Positions 9,708-19,755 of a DNA stretch of 64,000 bases are shown piece after piece. The stretch is from UHGV virus genome UHGV-0033546, one strand, 5' to 3'. Both the position numbers and the translations under genes were made by a program. Each line of letters begins with the position of its first letter. Position 1 is the first letter of the stretch. The notes under the pieces are model-generated. The model was not told the DNA's origin. It ran no database searches and saw only the letters and a program-made list of their open reading frames with translations. Source of the DNA: a virus.

Positions 9708-11167
9708 AGACCAGTTACCTCATGAAAATCACCAAATACATCCTCGAATGTATTAGCTTTAGTTTTATCTTCACGCAAACGAATCGCAATTGGAAGAAAT
9801 AATTTAACGTAATCAGCGCGACCATCAGATTTTAACCAACCGTTGCATTCGCACTCTAGAATTTTTCCAATATAATAATTTTGGTTTTCCATGATGCGAG
9901 TACGGTCAAGTTCGTGTGATTTTACACCGGCTTTATCTTTTAAGCCTGAACCAGCATTTACTTTAATTTTTCCACACTCTGACTCGAGAATAAATCCACC
10001 CGCTTTAGTAGGGTCTTTACGGTGAGGATAAATTCCTACAATTTTTAAATCAACATCAATTACTTCTTTAAATTTATAGAGATTTTTTGAACGAGCATTT
10101 TCCCATAACCCATCGACGTTTTTGAGAATAATACCTTCAAGACCTTGGTCAATATATTTTTTATAAATTACCTTGGCTTCGTCTAAATTATTTACTACCT
10201 GGTTTTCAATTAAAATTACTTTGTCATATCCTGATGTCATTTGTTCTAATTTAGAAAAACGTACATCATACTTCAAACGAAATGCTGGAAGACCGTATAT
10301 TTCTACCAACGGAACATAATCCCATACCTGAAACTTCATGCATTGAGCTTCTTTTTCAGAAATGGTTCCTTTTAAGGATTTATTGGCGATTCCATTAGAA
10401 GTAGTACGAGATTCCGCTACTTCAGCGAATTCTTTAGCTTTACTAATTTCAGGATAAGCATCAAAAAGAAAATCTAGGCCTTCTGGTTCCTTTTTAACTT
10501 GCTCATGGTATACCAATTCGCCATCAATTAACACACCTTCTGGATGAATCTGGCGGGCTTCAGCGGTCATTTTGATTAACTCTTCTTTAAGAAAATCTAA
10601 TCCTAGATATTCATTACCAGCTCGTGATAAAAGACGAACATCGTCTAATTCATCACCTCTGATTTCAGCAAAACACCGAGCTCCATCTGCTTTTAACTGT
10701 GCAAAGGCTGGAAATTTGATATTCTTATTAATGCCTTTTTCGTCATAAGAACTTGCAAGCATTTGAGGTTGTTCAGGAATTAAACCTGGCCAGACTTTGT
10801 TTGCAATAGATACAGAAGCACCACATTCAAGGTCTCGCATCATCACTCGACGCAAAACTTCAACATCATCTTTTTTACCGTCAGTAATATAACCAATTAA
10901 TTCTTCAATTGCCGCATTTCCGGTTAATTTCCGAGTAGCTAACGTGAATTCAATAAAATCAAGCATATCGGTAATAGTCAACATTCCAAAACTCTGGGTG
11001 GCAATGCCGGGTTTAGGCCATTTTTTGATATAATACTGCAACCCGCGAGAATAAGTTAGACGATATACTCGTTTAAGCAATTCATTATCTTTATTCTTTT
11101 CAAGAATTGCCTGCTTCTGCTTAGTTGAACCAATAGATGCTATTTCATTCAGAATTTTAAGAATCAT
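9704..11167 (-). CDS. 30: ATP-dependent DNA ligase
   Basis: 487-aa ORF; sequence matches T4 DNA ligase as recalled, incl. adenylation motif KADGARCF. Confidence 0.95.
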   Translation of the reverse strand: MILKILNEIASIGSTKQKQAILEKNKDNELLKRVYRLTYSRGLQYYIKKWPKPGIATQSFGMLTITDMLDFIEFTLATRKLTGNAAIEELIGYITDGKKDDVEVLRRVMMRDLECGASVSIANKVWPGLIPEQPQMLASSYDEKGINKNIKFPAFAQLKADGARCFAEIRGDELDDVRLLSRAGNEYLGLDFLKEELIKMTAEARQIHPEGVLIDGELVYHEQVKKEPEGLDFLFDAYPEISKAKEFAEVAESRTTSNGIANKSLKGTISEKEAQCMKFQVWDYVPLVEIYGLPAFRLKYDVRFSKLEQMTSGYDKVILIENQVVNNLDEAKVIYKKYIDQGLEGIILKNVDGLWENARSKNLYKFKEVIDVDLKIVGIYPHRKDPTKAGGFILESECGKIKVNAGSGLKDKAGVKSHELDRTRIMENQNYYIGKILECECNGWLKSDGRADYVKLFLPIAIRLREDKTKANTFEDVFGDFHEVTGL

Positions 11168-11433
11168 TATTCATCCTTCAGAGTTTGGTTTACAGCTCTA
11201 TTATAAATCAATTCATCATTAAGCTCAGTCAAAGACCTATGATATGTAGTTCTAACTTTATTTCCTTGCATCCAGTGCTTGATATAAATGAAACCTTGCT
11301 CTACACATTTTTTAAAAATTCGTTCGTCTTTTTGAGCTCGGAATTCTGGATTGCATCTAAAAAATTGATTTACGTGACCGTAATCACGTGTAGTATTACC
11401 TTCATTTTCATAAATAGTATGAACAACAAACAT
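11167..11433 (-). CDS. hypothetical protein (88 aa)
   Basis: ATG start; TAATG overlap with upstream ORF. Confidence 0.5.
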   Translation of the reverse strand: MFVVHTIYENEGNTTRDYGHVNQFFRCNPEFRAQKDERIFKKCVEQGFIYIKHWMQGNKVRTTYHRSLTELNDELIYNRAVNQTLKDE

Positions 11434-12275
11434 TAGAATGCTCCTTGGAAAATATTATCAGCACTAGTAGGTCTATTATACAAATACTCTATGCCACCAG
11501 GTTTAATATAGTTCCATGTATGAAATGGATGCACATGATATGGATGTGTATAATATGGATGGTATGGATTTAATCCAGGAGTTCTCCAGGTAGTATTCCA
11601 ACGAAAAGAATCGTTTTTAATCATCTTCTCAATTACATCTTTTATTGCTTTTTCACTATCAAAACTTTCTTTATTTTCCTTTGGTGAAAAAAGCTTATTT
11701 TCTATATCATTCCATGTATAAACTCGCTGAGCAGTTTTTGGAATATTGTCACGCTCTCCTCGAGTCATCCAATAAACAGGAACATTTAATATTTCACTCG
11801 CATGATCACAATGATGAGCGAGATCGTCAATATAACAAATTACATTATATTTCTCTTTTGCCTTTTTGAACAACTCTTCTTTTGAAGAATCATGTCCACA
11901 CATCATTACTTCTGAGAAGGCACCAGGAAAAAGAGCATTCAAATTAAATTGACGATTTAACAGAGCATCAATAGAATCACCCAGTGCTGTAACAGCAACA
12001 AAATTATAATCTTCTTTTAATTTGTTAATTACACACAGGGCATCTTTGTACGGAGACAAGTAACGAATAAAATCTGATCGATTGTATTTTTCAATTAACT
12101 TGACGCCAAGTTCTTCATCGCAATTAAAAAGTTTACCTGGAGAAATAAATTTCTCATCTTGGATCATTTTTAAAATATGTTCTAACGGAAGATTATATTT
12201 CTGAGCAAAATAAGGAAGGCCCGATTGCCAGCTTAAACATACTCCATCAATATCAGTTAAAATAGTAGGCTTCAT
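11433..12275 (-). CDS. HAD-superfamily hydrolase-like protein (possible 5-prime nucleotidase) with His/aromatic-rich C-terminal tail
   Basis: 280 aa; N-terminal LTDIDGV resembles HAD motif I (DxDGx), later YIDD resembles motif IV; tail PYHPYYTHPYHVHPFHTW. Confidence 0.55.
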   Translation of the reverse strand: MKPTILTDIDGVCLSWQSGLPYFAQKYNLPLEHILKMIQDEKFISPGKLFNCDEELGVKLIEKYNRSDFIRYLSPYKDALCVINKLKEDYNFVAVTALGDSIDALLNRQFNLNALFPGAFSEVMMCGHDSSKEELFKKAKEKYNVICYIDDLAHHCDHASEILNVPVYWMTRGERDNIPKTAQRVYTWNDIENKLFSPKENKESFDSEKAIKDVIEKMIKNDSFRWNTTWRTPGLNPYHPYYTHPYHVHPFHTWNYIKPGGIEYLYNRPTSADNIFQGAF

Positions 12276-12730
12276 AGAGAGTCTCTTAATAGGTTTAACA
12301 CATCAATAAATTCAGCTTCGGTTAGTATTGTATCATCTTTTGTTAGACCACTAGCCATGCTATGCTTCAAAACTTTTCCTTTCGAGGCTTGTAATGCATC
12401 GCGAAAGCCCCTGTTTTGGAACGCTGCTTCAAAATATGCATTTGTGTATAATTCTTTCCACGCTGGAGAGTATCTTGAAAACGGAGTTCCAAGCCAGAAG
12501 AGGGTCCCACGGTCCTGAGCTCTAGCATAAGACCTTCCAGCTTGTTGGGCGGCAAGCCCGGATAACCCAAATATACGACGTTGCTGTTCAACATTTTTCA
12601 CCTTGCAACCTTGGAGGAATCCTTCGAGACCTCCAAATTGAATGCCATCCATAATGAAAGGCCATTGGGCGAAATTACTTAATGCGCATGATGGCCATCT
12701 AAAATTGCTTCTAATCTCTAACTCAGACAT
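12272..12730 (-). CDS. NADAR / YbiA-like (DUF1768-like) protein
   Basis: 152 aa from first ATG (track start is TTG); segment LSNFAQWPFIMDGIQFGGLEGFLQGCKV resembles the YbiA motif FSNFAAWPIKVDGKTWPTSEHYFQAQKF, recalled from memory. Confidence 0.5.
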   Translation of the reverse strand: MSELEIRSNFRWPSCALSNFAQWPFIMDGIQFGGLEGFLQGCKVKNVEQQRRIFGLSGLAAQQAGRSYARAQDRGTLFWLGTPFSRYSPAWKELYTNAYFEAAFQNRGFRDALQASKGKVLKHSMASGLTKDDTILTEAEFIDVLNLLRDSL

Positions 12731-12929
12731 TTTCAATACTTATAATTTCAACATCAGCCCAATGACCATAGCAAGGAAGACGAAATTCAACTGGCCAATC
12801 ACTACCTTTTTCTAGTATAATAGACTTAACTTGTGGTTCTTCATGTTCATCAGTATATGGATTTTTATCTGTTACTTTATATGTGACCTTAATGTACTGA
12901 ATTCCAAAAATCTTATTAATTATATTCAT
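12723..12929 (-). CDS. hypothetical protein (68 aa)
   Basis: ATG start; packed between neighbours. Confidence 0.45.
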   Translation of the reverse strand: MNIINKIFGIQYIKVTYKVTDKNPYTDEHEEPQVKSIILEKGSDWPVEFRLPCYGHWADVEIISIENV

Positions 12930-13123
12930 ACTAATTCCTTTAATCCGTAAATAGGAGATAATTCATCACCCATACGAAGGTCTTCATTTCCATCTACCCA
13001 GGAAACAATATAAGCCTCCTTTATTTGAATACCACTCCATTTAAATGGAGGTAGAACCTTAGAAATTAATCCAGGTATACCGACTCCCTTTAATTCAACA
13101 GTTTGACCTAAAAAGAATTTCAT
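12926..13123 (-). CDS. hypothetical protein (65 aa)
   Basis: ATG start; overlaps neighbours by 4 nt. Confidence 0.45.
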   Translation of the reverse strand: MKFFLGQTVELKGVGIPGLISKVLPPFKWSGIQIKEAYIVSWVDGNEDLRMGDELSPIYGLKELV

Positions 13124-13410
13124 TAGAACCTCATCTGAAAGCCATGTGATTTAACATTACCACCATCAATATCAGAAATATTGATTTCACACGCAATTGA
13201 AGGATCAATGTCAATTTCACGATTAAGTTTAGCGATAGCTAAAGTATCGCGCCCATTTACGGTACGGAATTCTAAAGGACAAACCAAATTAACGTAGTTC
13301 TTAATCGATTCGCGGGTAGGTTGCAAATGAGCAGGAAGGTCTTTAGGCGCCTTAGAGAAAACCACTTCACAGAAATTTTTGCGAGTATCAAAATAAGTAG
13401 TCATAAACAT
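13123..13410 (-). CDS. hypothetical protein (95 aa)
   Basis: ATG with GAGGAAA RBS. Confidence 0.5.
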   Translation of the reverse strand: MFMTTYFDTRKNFCEVVFSKAPKDLPAHLQPTRESIKNYVNLVCPLEFRTVNGRDTLAIAKLNREIDIDPSIACEINISDIDGGNVKSHGFQMRF

Positions 13411-13451
13411 AGTATTTTCCTCAGTAAGGGGCCGAAGCCCCTCATTTCATT

Positions 13452-13817
13452 TTAAATATCAAATTCGTTAAGAACTACATCAAAGATTGCTTCAAGATGC
13501 TCAGGTTTAGCTCTGTTACTCAGAATATGACGAATCCAAGTTTTAACTAAGAGTTTACGATTAACACCATTCCAGCAAGGATGAGTCCCTAAATCGCGTT
13601 GACGAAAATCATCATCCAGAGCGATTTTGAAGTTTGAACCTTCCATTGTGATTGAAACCGTGATGCCATTTTCAAATCGCATATAAACGTAGTTAGGAGT
13701 CATATACTGTTCAATTTCGCATACTGATCCATTTTGATGTTTCCAAAGGCAGATGGTATCAATAGAACCTGCAATACCATTAGAAACATATTTACGTTCG
13801 AAGTTGATGTAGTTCAT
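13452..13817 (-). CDS. hypothetical protein (121 aa)
   Basis: ATG with GGAGA RBS; early promoter upstream. Confidence 0.5.
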   Translation of the reverse strand: MNYINFERKYVSNGIAGSIDTICLWKHQNGSVCEIEQYMTPNYVYMRFENGITVSITMEGSNFKIALDDDFRQRDLGTHPCWNGVNRKLLVKTWIRHILSNRAKPEHLEAIFDVVLNEFDI

Positions 13818-13853
13818 TTTATTCTCCAGGATGTTTAATTGCGGTACAGGTAT

Positions 13854-13882
13854 ATAATATCATGTCCTGTACCAAAGTAAAC
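13854..13882 (-). promoter_or_regulatory. T4-type early promoter
   Basis: - strand GTTTAC (13882-13877), 17-bp spacer, TATTAT (13859-13854); -10 bracketed by 8-bp inverted repeat GGTACAGG/CCTGTACC (13843-13873). Confidence 0.45.
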
Positions 13883-13886
13883 TGTT

Positions 13887-14255
13887 TTATGCAACTTTAA
13901 TCCAATTATCTAAATTTAAAACACCTTTGGCTTTCATTTTTTCGATCAGGTTATCTGCGGTAATGCGTCCATTTTGATACCATGTAACATCTTCAGCGTA
14001 ATCAGTTTCTTCGTCAACGTATGTTTCTGAACGAATTTTACCTGTGATAATAGTTTTTAATTCGTATGTGTCGCCTGTGAAAAAGTTAGTTAACATGATT
14101 TTCCAAGAGAAATCATCAGAAGGACCCTCAGGAGTCATGCAACCTACAAATTCAAATTGTTCTTTATATAAATGCCACTGAAGTTCTTTAGTTTCGATAG
14201 CTTTATAGCCGTCGTGATCTTTACCTTTGATGTATGAGTTAAGATTGATTTTCAT
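13887..14255 (-). CDS. hypothetical protein (122 aa)
   Basis: ATG with AGGAGA RBS. Confidence 0.5.
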   Translation of the reverse strand: MKINLNSYIKGKDHDGYKAIETKELQWHLYKEQFEFVGCMTPEGPSDDFSWKIMLTNFFTGDTYELKTIITGKIRSETYVDEETDYAEDVTWYQNGRITADNLIEKMKAKGVLNLDNWIKVA

Positions 14256-14282
14256 TTTATTCTCCTTTGTTTGTGTAAGATA

Positions 14283-14312
14283 ATACTATCACAAAGGAAC
14301 TATACTGTAAAC
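14283..14312 (-). promoter_or_regulatory. T4-type early promoter
   Basis: - strand GTTTAC at 14312-14307 with TAGTAT/ATAGTA 17-18 bp downstream. Confidence 0.4.
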
Positions 14313-14327
14313 AACTTTGTGCAATCT

Positions 14328-14361
14328 TTGGAAAATAAAAAAGGACTCCCGAAGGAGTCCT
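14328..14361 (-). terminator. rho-independent terminator
   Basis: hairpin AGGACTCC-CGAA-GGAGTCCT (14342-14361) followed on - strand by TTTTTTATTTT. Confidence 0.55.
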
Positions 14362-14365
14362 CAAC

Positions 14366-14542
14366 TTATGCTTTCTGCTTACCAAAACGAGAAGCATCAT
14401 CTCGAAGAACCGCACGTGCTCGGCGCATGATCTTCTCAACAGTTTGATTGATACGAGAGTTCGACCCACGCTTGTAACCAGCGCGTTTAGAATCACCAAT
14501 TTTCTTTTCAACTGCTTTCTTTGCTTTAGCTTGTTTTGCCAT
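14366..14542 (-). CDS. small basic protein (58 aa; T4 30.9-like position)
   Basis: first ATG at 14542 (track ORF extends upstream); MAKQAKAKKAVEKK..., very lysine/arginine rich. Confidence 0.5.
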   Translation of the reverse strand: MAKQAKAKKAVEKKIGDSKRAGYKRGSNSRINQTVEKIMRRARAVLRDDASRFGKQKA

Positions 14543-14831
14543 TATAAATTCTCTTTTAAATGAAAATGCAGGACTTATTGGCATTGCCTGCGCAAGCCCT
14601 CAAGGGGGTACTTAGGTTTTGAATATTTACCGACAGGATAACCATAAACCTCGTCATCATACCACCAAGACTTACACAGATAACACTTTTCTGACGCATG
14701 ATAGTAACATTCAAGAGGTACACCATAAAACTGCCGGGGTCTTAAAACTATAATGATTCGCAAATCATCAATCAGACAGTTCGATGGCTCCTCGATTTTA
14801 GCTCACACTAAGGCAGTGAATCTCCAATAAA

Positions 14832-15080
14832 TTACTTCAATGTTACCACAAAGTGACGAACTGCTTTTCGTGCGGCAGAAGCCAGAGGCTTAGCATATTT
14901 AAGCTCATCTTTTTCCTGAAGCTCAGCAGCTAATGCAGTTTGTGCAGGATTCAGATGTTTGAAATAACGCAGGATTTCAAGAGCTTCGGCTTCAACATCA
15001 ATAGATGCGCCATAGTTTTCGTGACCATTATTCCATGCGTTTCGTTGCAGTTCAAGAGCGTGTTGTAATTGTTTAATCAT
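14832..15080 (-). CDS. rIII: lysis-inhibition accessory protein rIII
   Basis: 82-aa ORF, same length and map position (just downstream of gene 31) as T4 rIII. Confidence 0.75.
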   Translation of the reverse strand: MIKQLQHALELQRNAWNNGHENYGASIDVEAEALEILRYFKHLNPAQTALAAELQEKDELKYAKPLASAARKAVRHFVVTLK

Positions 15081-15198
15081 TTAAAAATTCTCGTTAGAGA
15101 TTAAAACTCGGTAGTCACGTTCTTCTGAATTTCATCTTCTTTCGACAGATCTCTCAGTTGTAGACTACCACATAGAATTGAAACTCAATTCATATTAT

Positions 15199-15206
15199 TA
15201 TTTATA
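15199..15206 (-). promoter_or_regulatory. late promoter TATAAATA
   Basis: + strand tatttata at 15199-15206, immediately after gene 31 stop and upstream of rIII. Confidence 0.4.
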
Positions 15207-15542
15207 TCACTTATAAAGACATGGAATAGCTTTATAGTGACAGGTAACGAATTTTTGTTTAATTTCTTTTGGCTGCTTAAGACCCAGAGCTACAAAAGGA
15301 TGCGGAACGTTTCGAATTTGACCAACTGGAAGAGAAGTCAAATCACCAACTTCACAGAAACCTTCAGGAACATCAGGACCAACAGAGTGAACTACACACA
15401 GTTCAGGAACTTCACCTTGAACACGTTTACCGATAATAAGTCCTGATTCTGTAACTTCTTCATCACCGGCTTGTGCAGGTTCAGAAACTAAAATCACATA
15501 TTCACCGACAGCACGAATTGGTAGCTGTTGTACTTCAGACAT
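15207..15542 (-). CDS. 31: co-chaperonin GroES-like gp31
   Basis: 111-aa ORF, same length and position as T4 gp31. Confidence 0.85.
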
Positions 15543-15572
15543 CGTTTTTCCTTTTTGTTAGCAGATGAATTA

Positions 15573-15597
15573 ATAATAACAAATAATTCTTAAAGCA
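15573..15597 (-). promoter_or_regulatory. MotA-dependent middle promoter (MotA box TGCTTTA + -10 TATTAT)
   Basis: - strand aaTGCTTTA at 15597-15591, 12-bp spacer, TATTAT at 15578-15573, upstream of gene 31. Confidence 0.45.
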
Positions 15598-15598
15598 T

Positions 15599-15907
15599 TT
15601 ATTTACCAATAAATTGAAGCAAATGCTCAACTTTCATACCATTAACGGAAATCAATTTGTCAATAGAAAAACCTCGCCATGCGCCAAGCTCAACATCAAA
15701 TACTGGAATCATATCAGTAGATTCTTTCCGAGCAGATTCAGTCAATTTACCAGTTTGCATGGTTGGCATAAAGTCCGCATCACGAGTGCCTTTCATAGTA
15801 CGAATAGTACCATCAGACTTTTCAAAAACTACGTTTGAAATACCCATGGACAATTTAGTTTTCAAAATTTCACGAATTGCTACTTTCTGTTCAGTTGTCA
15901 GTTTCAT
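15599..15907 (-). CDS. hypothetical protein (102 aa)
   Basis: ATG start, compact arrangement. Confidence 0.5.
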   Translation of the reverse strand: MKLTTEQKVAIREILKTKLSMGISNVVFEKSDGTIRTMKGTRDADFMPTMQTGKLTESARKESTDMIPVFDVELGAWRGFSIDKLISVNGMKVEHLLQFIGK

Positions 15908-16144
15908 TTATTTACCTATTACAGTTTTAATATGGGTTGTTCCACGCTCTTTAAGAGTGGAAAGCAATTTTTGGCATTTTTCTAAATCAGATTTCCAACT
16001 ATATGGTCTATCAATACTAGTCCAATCAGTTTTATAATACTGTTTCCATTTAGAGAAAAAATATTTCTTATACTCTACAGCAAATGAAATATTCTCGTTA
16101 GAATAAGAACTGATTGCTGTGAGCTGTACCAAACGAAATTTCAT
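15908..16144 (-). CDS. hypothetical protein (78 aa)
   Basis: ATG start; abuts cd stop. Confidence 0.45.
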   Translation of the reverse strand: MKFRLVQLTAISSYSNENISFAVEYKKYFFSKWKQYYKTDWTSIDRPYSWKSDLEKCQKLLSTLKERGTTHIKTVIGK

Positions 16145-16725
16145 TATTCACCACAGAATTCGTTGATATTTTCCCAGTTTAACTTATTCAAGTTTTTCTT
16201 AGGAACATTAAACACTTCAATACCCGCATTTCGCAGAATATCATCCCAGCCAGGTTTATTTTTATCGTATGTTTCGCAATAAACCAGCTTTTTAATACCG
16301 GATTGAGCTATCGCTTTTGCACAATCTGGGCAAGGAGAAAGTGTTACATACATAGTAGCACCTTCAATTGAAGAACCGTTTCGTGCAGCAAACAAAATCG
16401 CATTTAGTTCAGCATGAATTTCATTTTTAGACGACCATTCAGAGTGAGCGCTGCGGTGTTCTTTCGCTAAGACAAAACGATCGGCTGAACCAAATGATAC
16501 GCATTCAGGCTTATGACCTTGAATGATAGTATGTTTAGGCTTATTCAACAACCAACCTTGCTCAGCAGCATAATCACAACAGTTCACACCCCCTGCGGGT
16601 GAACCATTATATCCGGTAGAAATAATACGTCCATTCTTTTCAATTACTGCTCCTACCTTCCAGGAGCAACATTTTGATTCCTGTGATACTAAATATGCAA
16701 TTTGAAGTACTGTACTCGCTTTCAT
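16144..16725 (-). CDS. cd: dCMP deaminase
   Basis: 193-aa ORF; cytidine/dCMP deaminase zinc motifs HAELNAI and PCPDCAKAI; T4 cd position. Confidence 0.85.
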   Translation of the reverse strand: MKASTVLQIAYLVSQESKCCSWKVGAVIEKNGRIISTGYNGSPAGGVNCCDYAAEQGWLLNKPKHTIIQGHKPECVSFGSADRFVLAKEHRSAHSEWSSKNEIHAELNAILFAARNGSSIEGATMYVTLSPCPDCAKAIAQSGIKKLVYCETYDKNKPGWDDILRNAGIEVFNVPKKNLNKLNWENINEFCGE

Positions 16726-17060
16726 TTCATAATCACCAGATAAGCGGATTTAGCAGTTTCAACACGATAAATTTCGTGACGAAGTTTAGTTATACTTTTA
16801 ATAACAGAACTAATTATATTCTGCCCATCTTTAAAGCGGTTTTTCTTATCAATAAAAACTGCGCCAGTCATCTTTTTGTGAAGCTCAACTGGATACTTCG
16901 TCACAATAATAGCATCATACACAGAAGGATGAATACTATTCACTAGAGTGTCGTTCATTAAAGTTATTCTAATGAACTGTGCTGTTTCAGAGTCAAGCGC
17001 TCTATGATCGCCAGTATCATTTTCAAGACAATTATCAATTATATCAGTTAAATTCATCAT
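16722..17060 (-). CDS. hypothetical protein (112 aa)
   Basis: tandem ATG start; 4-nt overlap with cd. Confidence 0.5.
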   Translation of the reverse strand: MMNLTDIIDNCLENDTGDHRALDSETAQFIRITLMNDTLVNSIHPSVYDAIIVTKYPVELHKKMTGAVFIDKKNRFKDGQNIISSVIKSITKLRHEIYRVETAKSAYLVIMK

Positions 17061-17293
17061 AGTACGCCATACACCCTTTGTGCTTCAACTAATCCATCAA
17101 AATCCAATTTGAGATGTGTTATTTGGTCACCATCACCTGGATTCACAATTACTAATACTGAACGAGGAGTTTCGGTAATAACGCGAACCGATGTTTCTGG
17201 AAATCGTTCAGAAACCTTATTTACTAATTCCTGCGCAAATAGTTTAACTTTTTCTTGGAATTCTTTAACAGTAATTGGTTTTTCACTTAGCAT
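17057..17293 (-). CDS. hypothetical protein (78 aa)
   Basis: ATG start. Confidence 0.45.
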   Translation of the reverse strand: MLSEKPITVKEFQEKVKLFAQELVNKVSERFPETSVRVITETPRSVLVIVNPGDGDQITHLKLDFDGLVEAQRVYGVL

Positions 17294-17817
17294 GTTGATC
17301 CCAGCTCCTTACTTTCAACGTTTTTAACTAATTTAACAGAAACTAATTCGGCATCTTGGGTAATCATTACCGGACCTTCTTCATACTCTTCAAGATATTC
17401 TAGAGCTTTCTTTTTAGCTTCTTCCTTCGTATCAGTTTGAGCATAGATATAAAACATGCAACCACCAGTAATACCTACTACTTTCCACTTAATTTCTTTA
17501 TCAGTTTTAATTTCAAATTTACTGACAGAATCATCCTTTTGAACTTCTTCGAAAAAAGAATATTCTAACATATAAGCAATTGAAAATAACGGGCTAACTT
17601 TATAGGATTCGCCCATTACATCAACAGCTTTATACCAGCAGTCATCAATTTCGCGTTTAATGCTAATAACATTCTTTGCAGGGTCAATTTTTACTTTAAA
17701 TGAATTTTCCCCAATAAACTGGGCAATTCGTTTATTAGCCCCGCAAGTTTCATTAAAAATATCTTTATATCCAGCTTTAAAGCGATAAACCTTATCTTCT
17801 TCAAACCATTCGCTCAT
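17287..17817 (-). CDS. hypothetical protein (176 aa)
   Basis: ATG start; early promoter upstream. Confidence 0.5.
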   Translation of the reverse strand: MSEWFEEDKVYRFKAGYKDIFNETCGANKRIAQFIGENSFKVKIDPAKNVISIKREIDDCWYKAVDVMGESYKVSPLFSIAYMLEYSFFEEVQKDDSVSKFEIKTDKEIKWKVVGITGGCMFYIYAQTDTKEEAKKKALEYLEEYEEGPVMITQDAELVSVKLVKNVESKELGSTC

Positions 17818-17847
17818 TTCAATTTCCTCGTTTGTTTTGGTAGAGCC

Positions 17848-17877
17848 ATAATATCACAACTCTACCGTAAAGTAAAC
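17848..17877 (-). promoter_or_regulatory. T4-type early promoter
   Basis: - strand GTTTAC (17877-17872), 18 bp, TATTAT (17853-17848); -10 bracketed by inverted repeat GGTAGAG/CTCTACC. Confidence 0.45.
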
Positions 17878-17879
17878 TA

Positions 17880-18155
17880 TTAAATCGCTTTAAATTCCGC
17901 AGTTTGAGATTCAAAGCGAATGTCGCCTTTAATGACTAGCTCAGCATCAAGACCAAATACGACAATGATATGCGCGGAACCTGGATACAGCGTAATGGCA
18001 ACAGAATCCACCTGGTCTGGAAGCAAAGTGTTCAATACATGAGTCACTTGAGCATGAATTCGAAGCTCAGCTGCGTTATCAAGCTTTTCAAACATATTAT
18101 TAGCGATAATTTGGCTAAACACTACTTCTACGATTTTAGAGTAAGTCGGAAACAT
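17880..18155 (-). CDS. hypothetical protein (91 aa)
   Basis: ATG start. Confidence 0.5.
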   Translation of the reverse strand: MFPTYSKIVEVVFSQIIANNMFEKLDNAAELRIHAQVTHVLNTLLPDQVDSVAITLYPGSAHIIVVFGLDAELVIKGDIRFESQTAEFKAI

Positions 18156-18157
18156 AT

Positions 18158-18358
18158 TTACCTCACATAATTTTCTTCAAGCCAATCAATAACATCCAAC
18201 GCATTATCAAAAGTTGCGCCATCTACCTTGTCTTCTGTTTCATAATCAAGAACATCTAAACCTACTCTTCCATTAACAATAGGCCATAAACAAAATAGAT
18301 ATTTCTTTTCTTTTTCAATTTTATCACAAAGTCGATAAATCTTTTCTATGTTATTCAT
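18158..18358 (-). CDS. hypothetical protein (66 aa)
   Basis: ATG start. Confidence 0.45.
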   Translation of the reverse strand: MNNIEKIYRLCDKIEKEKKYLFCLWPIVNGRVGLDVLDYETEDKVDGATFDNALDVIDWLEENYVR

Positions 18359-18547
18359 AAGTTTTCCATGGTAAAGGCAGTTTAGTTTTCTTTACTGTTA
18401 GTTCAACATCAGGATTCTTTTCTCTTAATTTAAGGCATTCCTCCCAAGCTCTGATTTCACTAGTGAATACGCAAAATTGCCCATTACTAGTACCAACTAA
18501 ACCACTATTTACAATAACAATAGACCAAGTTTCATGATGCCACGCCA

Positions 18548-18548
<1 letters not shown>
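18351..18548 (-). CDS. hypothetical protein (65 aa)
   Basis: ATG at 18548 overlaps pseT stop (TAATG); the longer track ORF would run 30 nt into pseT. Confidence 0.4.
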
Positions 18549-19752
<1,204 letters not shown>

Positions 19753-19755
19753 TTA

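Noticed and set aside
14575-14763. Cys-rich 62-aa ORF from the track
   Set aside because: Starts with TTG, has no in-frame ATG and no RBS; kept only as a flagged region in findings, not as a gene
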